A stretch of DNA of 59,170 bases, the filler included, from Sphacelaria rigidula (Eukaryota): assembly GCA_964200075.2 (NCBI GenBank). It is 9 parts of 9 records of this genome, joined end to end, with 100 filler letters (N's around TTAATTAATTAA, not from the genome) between each part and the next. Parts side by side here need not be neighbours in the genome. Positions count along the whole stretch, not along the records: positions 6,587 to 13,072 come from CAXNAA020019795.1; positions 13,173 to 19,658 come from CAXNAA020019796.1; positions 19,759 to 26,244 come from CAXNAA020019797.1; 6 more parts are not named here. One strand, given 5' to 3'. A model generated the notes under the pieces. It worked only from the letters and a program-made list of their open reading frames with translations, had not been told where the DNA came from and ran no database searches. Both the position numbers and the translations under genes were made by a program. Below, one piece after another: positions 10,880 to 22,800 of this stretch (position 1 is the first letter of the stretch; every line of letters begins with the position of its first letter).

Positions 10880-12530
10880 GGACGAGATACCCGTTCATCA
10901 GGAGGGTGTTATTGACCGTTTTAGGCCCAATCAAAACAGTTTTCCGGCTCTTTCGCAACGAAACGGTAAATGTTTAGATAAACTCATATGCAACTAGTTC
11001 TTCAAAATAACGATAGAGAGTGTCTTTCCCTCCCCTTTATACTGCACAGACCACAGTCCAGCATTTTTCGGTGGATGGCTTCTTTTCGGGATTTTTGGCA
11101 TGCTATTCTCATGAGCACTTTAAAGTGTTAGCGACGATGGTTTTGGCAAAATAAGTAGATCGTGCTGAAATCACAATATCCAAGTTGGTGTTGGTATGGC
11201 GATACAGAGTAAAGACCGAGTTTATCACGAGGGTGTTATTGGCCGTGAATGGTCCGAGAAACATAGTTTTCGGGTTCTAGCGCGGTGAAAAGGTGGAATT
11301 TTGAAGATAAATTATTTCTGTGTACTCACATATTATTTATGATCGGGATCGAGCCGGTCCACCGAAAATAATGAAAAGTTCGAACCTGCGGTTGCACTTT
11401 CGCAGGACCCCAGAAGATCTGTCAAGCCTGCAAGTCGCTCAATTTTGATCGCAGATTTACCTTCTTTCGATATTTGTCAAATGATCACAGGCTGGCCCGC
11501 CTAAGGAGCTCACTTTCTTTCAGCCCGTTTCAACTGATAATTGTATCGCGAGTTGTGCCTACCATGACACGTCGTGGTAATCGGCAAATCAGCGCCCGTC
11601 TTCAAATCCATGTAGCAGTGCGATCCGACAGGGTCTCATCAAACGAAACACCAAACCGTACTCAAGTGCGAAGGTGTGGTGAGTTGAGGGTACTATGTGC
11701 GGCGGGATTAGCCGAAAGAAAAGGCTGAGATTGGAATTTCGGTTGCAGACGGTTGTGCCGCGTGGTGCCCGAAAAAAAGTCAGGGAAAATGAAGATTTCG
11801 GTCAGAGCTGTAAGCTCACAGAGTCGGAAAAGTGTGCCGAAGAAATACCTACGCGATCGAGGGGAATTAGGGCGACGAAGAAGTGATTGATCACCATCAC
11901 TTAAAGTGTGGGGAAAACACTGTTTGGGGCTTGAACCTCATTTCATCGTACAACCTAATTTTATAGAATTGTCTGTTAAACAAGTCGTGCCGCACAAGCT
12001 GTTGCACAATTACCGAGCTCAATTTTCAGTCCTTTCCGCGAATTTTTTACATCATGTACAGGGCGTATGTGCAAACACGCCTTCGTTCTTCCCGTCTGTG
12101 TGTGTGTCTTTTTTTTCTCCGTGAGTTACTGGCGACGCAACATTTTACGACAGTTTTTCCGGAACAAATTAATAATAACTCACAGAGGAAGGAAAAAAAA
12201 AATCAAGGGAGCAAGAAGGAGTCGTCGCACATACATCGTGTACATCATGTCAAAATTTAATCGAAAATAGCTCGAAGTTGAACAGCATGAATGCATTCGA
12301 ATTATTAGTAACTGGTCAATCTTCATATACTATAGGAACCAGTTGTCGGCGGAATGATATGCGAGTCGTGCGCTCAATTATGGATTGTTTTCGAGGAAAA
12401 CTTGACACGATGTACACGGCGTATGTGCAAAGACCGAACCTCCCCCCCATGTTTTTTCTTCTTCCCTACATGAGTCACTGGCGACGGAAAACTTCAGAAC
12501 AGCTTTTTATGAACAAAATTGCCAAAAACC
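10880..12530. repeat. Non-coding repeat-derived region with internal direct duplications
   Basis: 10885-10982 resembles 11213-11311, and 12053-12170 resembles 12410-12520. The motif ggggaaaacactg...ttgaacctcattt at ~11910 is shared with 15358, 26347 and 39516. Confidence 0.55.
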
Positions 12531-13072
12531 CACGATGAACGAAAAAATGGGGGGGGGGGGGGATAGGGCATTCGCACATACGTGCTGTAAATCGTGCCAA
12601 ATTTTCATCGGAAACGATCCAAAATTGAGCGCACGACTCGCGTTTCAGCATTCCTGGTGGCATCTTGGGCGGCCCAACTTGTATAATATCTCCAGATCCC
12701 TATTTTTTGGCATCCAGCAGTCACTGTTATGAGTGGTGGCGAACGAAAGAAATCGGGAAAATCTGCAAGTAAAACCAAGGAAATAAGAATTCTGTACATA
12801 TACTTTTCGCAGCAATTAGGCGGGTCTTGGGGCCTGTCTTAGCACTCTTCTTTTCGAACGAAAAAATGAGGCGGTGGAATCAATCCGAGCGACAAATTCT
12901 CGTTTTGATGCAGTTGGGTCCGGATGGATTTGCAAGATTTTGACCGAAAAAAGACAGTGGAATTTGTTAAACAGTATGTGGTCTGTACTGTTTGCACTGC
13001 TTGCAAGTAGGGTGTCTTGAGTGCATGTGTGCGTGTTTCGTACAGGAGAAGATAAAGGGGAAGCGGACAATG

Positions 13073-13172
13073 NNNNNNNNNNNNNNNNNNNNNNNNNNNN
13101 NNNNNNNNNNNNNNNNTTAATTAATTAANNNNNNNNNNNNNNNNNNNNNNNNNNNNNNNNNNNNNNNNNNNN
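13073..13172. other. Artificial contig linker
   Basis: N44-TTAATTAATTAA-N44. Confidence 0.99.
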
Positions 13173-14681
13173 CCTCAATCAAAAGCACCATCCTCAACAT
13201 AGATGATTGGCTGTTTATAGGGCCCGCGCCAGCAGCAGCGAAGCCATCGCCAGATGTACCGTTTTGCAGCAGGCATGGCAAAAGCGTCTCATGGTCGTGG
13301 GTTTCAACTGCCCATAATATTATGATCGCGTTGCATCAAGACGCAAACTGCCTAATTTCCTCACCCGATGCAACGCTGACGGAAAATGAACATTAACATC
13401 TTGTCTACCACCGTAAACAGCAGAAAGTAGACAGGCTGTCGATAGTGTGGATGGCAGCAATTTTGTTTTCAGCAGCGTAACAATAGCGGAGGATGCATCG
13501 TTGGCGATTTTTGCAGGGCAGCTCTTTACGCTGACAACGTTACGTCGACGAAACAAAAGAGTTTCCGGAACTAGCATATTTCTGCTCGTGAAGCATATAG
13601 AATACTTTTGTCCTAGCTGTCCCCGAAGGTTCATTATCACAACGAAACCATCTCCGTATTGTACTCATATAGGTACTACTACTGTATTTGTTCCGCTACA
13701 CACTAAACCCCTAGGAGTGGAACTACAACCATTCATTGCTGCATTTTTCGGAGTCTTGTTTTCGCAGCGACCGGTTGTCGATTGATTGTCACCTCGAGTG
13801 TTTCTTCGAGAGCTGTGGGGGTACGCCCTACAGGCTACACCGCACGCAGGACCGGAGTGGTTGACGATGTGACGCGGTCAATCCGGGCACAAGATACAAT
13901 TACCGTGCCCAACGTAAATGAATATTCGCTGAAAGAAGGTCGCCCTACGCGCCCCGTTTCCCCTTTTCTTCGCTTTTGCTCGCAGCTCCGACACTCTACT
14001 TTTCCCTCTCACCTCAACGAAGCTCCCAGCGAGGAGCGGGCAACAACCCAGCTGACTCGGAAACTCGAGGGCATTGAAATCGGCGTACCACCCCCACCCT
14101 TCCCCCCCATCCCATTGATGAAAATCAGCTTTGCAGTCCTTCCCCAGCGAGTCTACTGAATAATCACGCGGACATCTGTCAAATGTTTGAAGCATAAAGA
14201 TCCCTCGATGGTTAACGATGCAAGAGTCTTCGCAGTCACGATAACTTGGTGTTGAAATGCGCCATTTGCGACTTATTTGGCTGCGTAATGCTGTAAATTT
14301 CCAGGCAACACCGAGCACCATCAGTGCGAGCATTATTTGACTTGATTTTAGTGTACGAGAGATCCTGTAGTAGTGAAAGATCCAAAGAATTTCGCTCTCA
14401 ACGAAAAGCAAGAGCATCCGCGATGGCTTGCGTAGTGGCTCACGTATGCTGACGTATTTTCTCACTGGTCCCCAGATATCCTCAATACGAGGACGTGCTA
14501 CTTTGTTTCGGACTTTACTGTACAAAAACACATGGAAAAAAACAATAGGAGAATCCTCGCAACTGGAGTTGGGGAAAAAACAAACGCGGTGATCTGATCA
14601 ACTCGGGGATTATTATGACGGGCTCAAACGGTTCATGTTCGTCCTCTGGATCTCTTTTCTTGCCGCACCGTGCATGCACAG

Positions 14682-17600
14682 ATCACCGCGAACAGCCCGG
14701 AGTTCCGCCCATTCGTGTGCGGCAGCGTCTTCGCAGAAGCCCCGCTTTTCCCCGGAGAAACTTTCTACGGCACGATGGATGTGTTCATCGAAAAATGCAA
14801 CCCGAACGAGATCGTTTGGTCGATGGTGTCCATGATGCGTGAGGCCCCAGCAGCAACAGAAATGCCCCTCAGACCGTAAATATAGAAGAAAAATCGGTAT
14901 GACATACGGACCATGCGTATTACTCGTAGTCTTTCATTTCCATTCTTTTTTTTTTTTCGCGCTTATATTTTGATATCCATGTTCCTCTTTCTCCCTTTTT
15001 CTCTTTTTTTTTCTCTCTCTCTCTCTCTTGTATTCCCTTTCCCGATTTCCCTTCGGTGAACAATTTCGATGAGTTCATGACAAATGACGTTCATATGGAC
15101 GACCCCATCCCTCCCGATCTGCCTAAACTATTTGGGGGAACTTCTAGCCTTCCCTCCCCCCAAATGGGTATGTGCGAAAGCACGACTTTTTGGCTAAAAA
15201 GTGTCCATTTTTCACCCCGAAATCGAGGCACAAGTGTGTTTTCGCACGTACCCTTTGGGAGAACGGAAGGCTAGAAATCCCCCACAATAGTTTGAGTGAG
15301 GACGGGAGAGACGAGATCGTCCGTGTATGAAGGTCACTTGTCATGAATTTAGGTCAGGGAAAGCACGGCTTTTGACTTGAACCTCATTTTGTTTTACAAC
15401 CCCATTTTAGAGAATCCACCGTCGACTGTCCATTCTGCACTTGATAATGTTGTAATCGAGCCCCCCCCCCTTTCCCGCGCATGGTCAATCTCGCGGCGCG
15501 TTTCCCGCCGCCGGGATTGTGGCAAAAAAAAACCCGATTCAAACGCAGTCAGCACCAACGACGGGTTTGTGGGCGTCGACTCCGAGAAGCTCGTGACTAA
15601 AGGTGCATCCAAGACCTTCGCAGTGGCCTTCGACGCAGGTGAGGGGTAAAGGTTTTTGTTTCTTCAGTTCTTCTGTGGAAAAAGACATGTGCAGCGACCA
15701 ACTGTCATCAACAACAATATCAGGGAAGGCGAGCTGATCCGAATACTCCTGAAACCATGCAGCTCCCGCTCCCACGGACCTCTCTGTCAAGGCGTTGCAG
15801 CATAGTTTGTCCAAATGAAATCCTTATCTCGGTTGGCTCCAACTGAGATTAGGATCAAGCTAAATAATCTTCTGGATCCACAGTTGGCAAAATGATGCGC
15901 AGACAGCCGTGCTATTCACGGGGCGGAGAGGCAGAGGTGGGAGGGGGGGAGGAGTTGACACCTTTGCCTTTTCTTTTATATCACTCTCAGTTTCCCTATT
16001 TGTAGGGGGCGAAAACGTGGTCTCAAGGGATCAACCCGTCACTCCCCCAGTGTTGTCGTCCCATCTGTTCTGGACGCCGGTCTACATCTTCCGGTATATT
16101 TGGGCGCACCAGCCGGGGTCACACAGCAGGAAGGTGAACACAGGAGCTTTTTTGTTTACTTATTTGTTTTTGTACGCCACCTCCCTTCTGCGTTGCTTGA
16201 CTTTATTTTTTATCGCGAGAAGGGTCCAGCAGTCCCTTTCCCTCGTCGACCGTTGAGTCGAATTTTGTGTACCCACGACATAGCAGCTCTCCACTAAAAG
16301 GCATAGTGTGAGAAAATCCCAGATCGCTCCGAGATTTGAACCCACAACCCAACCATCAAAAGGTTCGGAGGTTACCAACTGAGCCACCGGGGCGACCGGC
16401 TTCCAGTGCCCCCAGTGCGCCCTTAACATTGTGAACAGAGGACTGGGTCAGGACTCTCGCACCCCGTAGACTCCCGTCAATTCATTCGTTGCTGTTTGCG
16501 TCGTCACGCCTTCAAGGACGAAAACCGGCGTGTTCTTCGAAAGACCGTATCGATCGGGCTTCGAACCCGCATCCTTCCGCCGTAACTGGGAGACTTGCTG
16601 GATCACGGAGGCGCGTGCTATGGTAGTATCGATACTTATCATCTCTTCTTTGTTCCTGGAACGGCTGAATGACCTTGTTGGCAAAAAGGCAAAAAGGCAC
16701 TAGTGATGACTCACAGAGCATAGATGCGCCTGAATTACGTAAATGAGTCATGCTACGATACGGGGGGTGTACTCATGATCATGCATGCGATAGCCGTAAG
16801 ACCATTGACTTCGCATCCCTTCAATGCCGGGACGGAGCACGCCAGGCTCGCACTCAAACCACCAAGCGCGAAGCGCCGTGGTGTGCTCGGCGAGTCGCAT
16901 GAAGGGTGAGCTGCATCCTGCTAAGGTTGGTCGGCCCGAAGCCTACTGATAACCTACAATGAGTTGCTTTATTTTCTGGTATCGTCACTTACGATAGGGG
17001 AGGGGGGGGTATTTTGGGCCGTTTCCCCCCACAAAACTCCACTTCAATCGCCGTTGAAAGCAGCCAACAGTTGTTCGAACGCGCTTAATTCCGGAAGATA
17101 ACGCTCATTCATACTGCTTTACAACGCTTTTACCCATATACAAGCTCACCGCGAGTGATCTATGAGCACATTTTTTTGTGAAATCGAATACCCTCCCCCC
17201 CCGTAGCATGGCTCGTATATGTTGCATGCGGGAAGATAAATATTGTACGGTACTCCTATTCTTCAATGGTTTACGAGCCATTCTGGAATTCAAATGTGGC
17301 CTGGTGGCGTTACCCAATCGCTGCGGTGTAGGGAAAAGAGCAGCGTACGTAAATTTTCGCTCGATTGCATGAAAATGAGCGGGCGCGTGGAAACGGCGAA
17401 GACAGGCCCAACGATTCTTGTTTTATTCTCTACGTCGCCGTCGTTTGACCTCGTCGTCGTTTGAGCGTTACACCCGGAAACAATACTGGCGGAAACATCC
17501 ATAGAAATGTATGGGGCTTCCATACCCTTGGTAATATCATAATATCTTGAATTCCCTATGCGAAGTGTTTCAGGGTGTGGGACTTGAATTGTTGACGAGG

Positions 17601-19372
17601 GTGCGCATCTTTGGTACAAATACACACCACTATTACAGTAATTTTTGTACCTTTTTTGTCATACTCCAGAGATTGGGGCGGATATTACGTCGGAAGTTAA
17701 GCCAAATACTGCCACCCCCCAAACCCCAACACGATGAAGATGATCTTCACTTCGTCGAAGCGCACATCTCCGCAATATTCCACGTTTTAACGGCCAGAGC
17801 TCGCATTAGGAAGACCCGAGAAACCTTTTAAGATCAAGCAATCTGTCACGTCTTGACCTATTGCCCCCTCTCTTCCTCTACACGGGTCTGTTGCCTCTCA
17901 AAGAACTCAGCCCCCGACCCGTGCCTAGCATTTTGGTATCGCGGGATGAAATAGCACTCCCGAACCTCATCGCATTTCGTCGGCACTCCTTCTTACTCAA
18001 CCCTGACGTTTTTCAATGAGGGAAATACAACTCTTCTCAACATCACCGCATCTATCGGGTTCCGAAGCTTCATCTCCTACCAAGTAGACCATCGGAGCGC
18101 GGCCACGATCTTGCATTATTGTACGACACCAATGCATTGTCGAATAACATCCACGTGGGGTGTCCATCCGGGATATTCCTTTAAGATCTGACATCGATCC
18201 AACAAGCTCATTTGTAATTTCACATCTGCCGAGGATACGCATCTGAGACATTCTGACTCGGGGGAAAGCTCAGGGGAAACGATGACCGCCCGGTGTCTCT
18301 GGTGAGCATTGATGGCGTTCCAGGCGAATAGCCATGAGGGTAATTGCAGGTTTAGATGGGCATCCCACATGGATATGGCGTCACAGATGGACTTCCGAGG
18401 TGATCATCTCACGTGAATGTCCACGTCTCAGAGGAATATCCATGTCCAACACGGATATCTCATTTGGGCATCCCACTTGGATGTAATTTCCAAGGCATAT
18501 TTCCTAGGTAGATACCTAATGCGAGCTTTTCGACTTTGGTTTTGTCGCGGCCAAGTTAGTCTTGTCCCAAGTGAAGAGCAAGAATAATCGTGTTGATTCA
18601 CAAGAAAGTGTACTGTTGTTGGTTTCCCTCTGATGTCGGTTCGTTATTTCTGTGGCTGCCACAACGTTGGAAGCGTATCTCAAATTTTATTATCGTGACT
18701 AGAACTGTGAACCTCGGTACAAACATGAGCAAGCTAGCATCTGCTAGCTTCACCCTCCAATCATCACTCGAGGGTGAATCTCGGAAACACGATGACGATT
18801 ATTTGTGAAATGATATCACCACCACCACCACTTCTACGACTACGACTACGACTACGACTGTTACAATTACAACGACAGCGAAGAAGATGAATAATCATAT
18901 CGACACTTGTAATGAAATAATCCCTGGGTACCGCGCACGGCGATACACACAAACGTCTGCCGGTCATTCCAATATTTCATGTTTGACTGCGCCACGTGCT
19001 TCTGTATTGATATCACGTACGTTCCTTTTGCGCTCCAAAGCATACGTTCCTCCTGCGATTGATTTGAGGTCACTTTCTCGTGTAGATTGTACACCATGAC
19101 TTGCAGTCTTCGTTTCGAGGTTGGCCATGTTCACGTTGACCTTGCTTCATGTGGTGGATGACCAGTAATATTGTTTCCAGCATCACACATGAATATTCCA
19201 CACGAATGCATGAAATCACGCCCGGGAAGCAAAACTACTCCGTCCCGGAAACTCGACCGCCCCCCCTACTCCTGCTGTCTCCTTGTTCTGTCCAACAGGA
19301 ACCGAAGTGAACAATGAGCTGTGCACCCACGTGCCCGGCCCGGCGTGTCCCGATGGCAGCGGTAACATGGAG
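14682..19372 (+). CDS. Spondin_N-domain protein, three internal exons
   Basis: Exons 14682-14838, 15549-15638 and 19299-19372 (all ag/gt, junctions in phase 1) splice to ...APLFPGET...WSMVSMMLSTNDGFVGVDS...AFDAGTEVNNELCTHVPGPACP. SM..TNDGFVG and DAGTExN are spondin-domain motifs. Confidence 0.85.
15074..15347. mobile_element. Foldback/MITE with ~80-bp imperfect inverted arms (intronic)
   Basis: ttcatgacaa.tgac.ttcata...ttctagccttcc versus ggaaggctagaa...tatgaa.gtca.ttgtcatgaa. Confidence 0.7.
16050..16399 (-). mobile_element. tRNA-derived SINE, full-length copy (family 1)
   Basis: Reverse complement starts ggtcgccccggtggctcagttggtaacc...gggttcaaatctcggagcgatc and ends agatgggacgacaacac. Confidence 0.9.
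16762..16989 (-). mobile_element. 5'-truncated LINE 3' end with C-run (subfamily B)
   Basis: G6 + tgtactcatgatcatgcatgcgatagccgtaagaccattgacttcgcatccc...gacggagcac. Flanking repeat tacgata(c)gggg at 16754-16767 and 16990-17000. Confidence 0.7.
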
Positions 19373-19658
19373 GTGAGAGCTTGGACACGGAACAATAGAT
19401 GATAATGATTGAGACGGTTACACGGCGTGGAAATATTTTGCTGATATAATATACCACAAAACGAGCCGCAGTGACGACTTGGATGTACTATACCCCAAGG
19501 TATATTAGCGAGAGTAAGACGCTCGCAACAGGACACCTCGGTCCGTTTCGACAACAGCGTGATCTCATCAAGTGTGATACCACGATAGCCTCCCCCCCCC
19601 CGCCCCCCCCCCCCCCCCCAACCCCCAACCACAGCCCGCACCCCCCCCCCCCCCACAC

Positions 19659-19758
19659 NNNNNNNNNNNNNNNNNNNNNNNNNNNNNNNNNNNNNNNNNN
19701 NNTTAATTAATTAANNNNNNNNNNNNNNNNNNNNNNNNNNNNNNNNNNNNNNNNNNNN
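19659..19758. other. Artificial contig linker
   Basis: N44-TTAATTAATTAA-N44. Confidence 0.99.
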
Positions 19759-19838
19759 ACACACTACCCCCCCCCCCCCCCCCCCCCCTCCCGCCTCTTC
19801 TACAGCACATATACCCCTAACTCATACGCTGCACTCAC

Positions 19839-22800
19839 CTCGGCTTCCACAGCATAAGCGGCGCGCTTTTTTTGCGCAGTTTCCCGTGCCTTGGGCATCC
19901 GAAAGTTCACCAGGAAGTAGCGGAGCTGTGTGCAACAGGGCGGGAGGACAGCGGCACAAGCGGGTTGACCTCGACTGGCGTCTACTTCCCCACTGGACTC
20001 TGGCCTTCAAAATCTATACTACCTAATCATCACCGAAGTCGTGACACGATTTTACATGAAGGCAAGCCGTGGCACCAACAGTACTTCAGTCACGTACGTC
20101 AACATACGCCGTCACGTGTGGGAAGCTCTCACAACATGCATGTGCTAAAGAGAACAGAAGATCGATCTCGACGGGCTGCGTGCTGTCCCAAATCTTGATA
20201 AGTAAGTGTCAAGCAGATATCTGGGCAAAGATGGCTTCATCCCTCGAAACTACTCATACAGACTGGTTTGGAACGAATGAGGGAAGGGGTGTGTGTCTGG
20301 AGTATGGCAGAAATGGATAAATCGTTCTGACCTGGTGTCGTTCTCTGTCGGAGATGATATCTTCCTCGCGCATGGCATCCACAATCTCGTTCCATACGTG
20401 TGCGAATCGCGTGTGCAGGGTAGACCTCATCATATCGTGCCTCAAGTAGCTGAGCGTTTCAAAACCATTTCAACCATGACAACAAACGCGGAGAGGAGGG
20501 AAACGGACAAGATACAACTTGCAGCGGTCAGCCATAATCTTCCTTAAAATGAAAATCGTGTGATTGATCACTCCACCCGCGCATTGCCGTGCTTGTCTTC
20601 CCGCTGTACGTTAGCGTTCCCTGGTAATTCGAGTATCGACCGCAGCTGGATCCCTTGCGAATCACTTCAGCTAATACGAACAAAAAAGTCAATTCATCAG
20701 CCAGCCACGAGACCTTCATGCGCAGCTCAGGTGCAGAACTCTCCCGAGCCTCCTCACTGGGAACAAGTTGAACTTTCAGAGCCCAAACTTGCCCCACTCT
20801 TACTTTAAACCGCCCCTGGAACTAACGGTGATCGATTGGATATTTGTCCGTCTCAGCTACCGTAATCTGAATCGCTGACTTGGCAATCAACGACTTTTGT
20901 GATGTGCCAGCAAACAGTGCAAGGAAGAACCGTATAGGTATAACCTTAACCTGAAAGCCAACAACAAGAGAACGAGGCACTTGCGGCAATCCAACTCACT
21001 TGAAGAACAGCTTGTACAGGTGGCTGAAAGCACGCACCACCTGTGCGCTATCGTTCACCTCTCCCACACGACGCCGCACACCTTCCACTGCCGCGGCAAT
21101 GTTGGCCCAAATCACGAACCTGGAGCAAGACATGAGGAAAAGAGGGAGTAAATTGAAGCAGGCGCGTGTATGATCTCAGGAGAGATGCAACGCTAATCTA
21201 CAAATACCAGCCGCCTCGTACGGGAAGGGCAAGGAGCAGTACGAGCGCGGCTGCAACGCGACTCAGGATTTCGACTCCAAACGATGACGGGAAGAGGTGA
21301 ACTTTAGATACATCTCAAGAGGCGTGCTCAGTGTCGTACGAATCTGCGCTTGGGGCAAACCAGAAACAGTGGTACTACGAGACCAATACAGACAATTGTC
21401 GAGCTTCAGCCCCCCCCCCCCCCCCCCCCCCCCCCCTCCCCTCACCTCTATGCGCCAATCCCACGGGTACTAACCAGATCTGCATGTCCAGGAAGTAGAT
21501 GAGGCCGCTGCCCAGCCAGAGGGCTACGATGTAGAGTAAGTTGTGGCTATCGTTGATGATTAGTTCAACGCCGAAGACACTGAAATCGTATTCCGTGCCG
21601 TCGGCGTAGTACAGGGTGTACGTGGCCAGAGTGAGCTTCTTCAGCACGACGAAGTAGCTGAACGCCACCTTTGTCGTCAGGACCAGCAACCAGAACAGGG
21701 TGTACCGGACCCGCTTTATGATGGGCGGAAGAGAGTGCACCTGAATGGTATTACAAGGAAAGAAAAAAGTCACGAGTACCATTACGGAAAAAAAAAACGA
21801 GCGTTATTATAGAAAATACGGGGGCAAGCGCTGTCTATTGGCGGGGCGGGAGGGGGATCCGGATATTTGGTGGGACTGGTAGTCACAAGTTTCTGTCTGA
21901 ATCGGCGCCGATTTGAGGTCTGCCAACGCCGCACGTGCCCGGGGAACACCTTGCATCCCCTTGCCCGACGGTTCTCGTATACCTTCGTTGGGGTTAAGGT
22001 TGGCGTTAGGGTTAGTCTTATCTGAGAATCATGAATTTCCGAGAAATTTCCAATCGACCACAAGTGGTAACATGACCTCCTAGTTCTTGCGTAGAAAGAC
22101 AACGGTCATCTGCGAGCAGCAACACACACACACACACACACACACCTCCGAGAACGATATGCTCCCACGTAGCGCCAATGCCATAAAAACGATGTCACAC
22201 AAAGCAATACAAGCAGCGGAGCGAACTAGTGACCAAATCGCGCCACACCCTTCAGGCGTACGGCGGAAAGTCACCGTGAACAGTCAAGAGGCCTATTTTT
22301 AGTCCCCAAAATATGCGTAAGGATACATTAGTGACAGAAGCAATAGCCGCTGCTCTTCCACCCCTTTCGTCCCCCCGAACGGGCAAAAACCCCGCCTCCA
22401 CAACCGTACACCCAAAGCTATACCTGAGTGTAAAGATTGACCGCATTGATACCGCAGATAGATCCCACGAACCCCCAGCTGAGCTGCCGCAGGCGGGCCG
22501 GAACACACGCCGCGAACCCACCCCCTGAGCAGCTGCGCTCCGTCGAGGCGCCCCACTTCCCGTACGACGCGATACCCCACCACAGCTCGGAAAGCATAAT
22601 TGCCTGTGTTTACAAGATAGTGGGAGGCGAGGGTGAACGTGTGGGGGTTGGAAACTGGCCTTGAAATACGCGTAGGCATTCATCACATGGTATACTCGAC
22701 CAGCATATGACCGAACAGTTGATGCATCTCTGTGGAGAGATTGAAAATGGAAAAAAAGGGAAGCTCAAAACGCGGTGGGATTCTGGTCCATCTTGTCACG

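Noticed and set aside
13878..14531. 217-aa minus-strand ORF
   Set aside because: No recognisable motif or splice support; it may be decayed repeat sequence.
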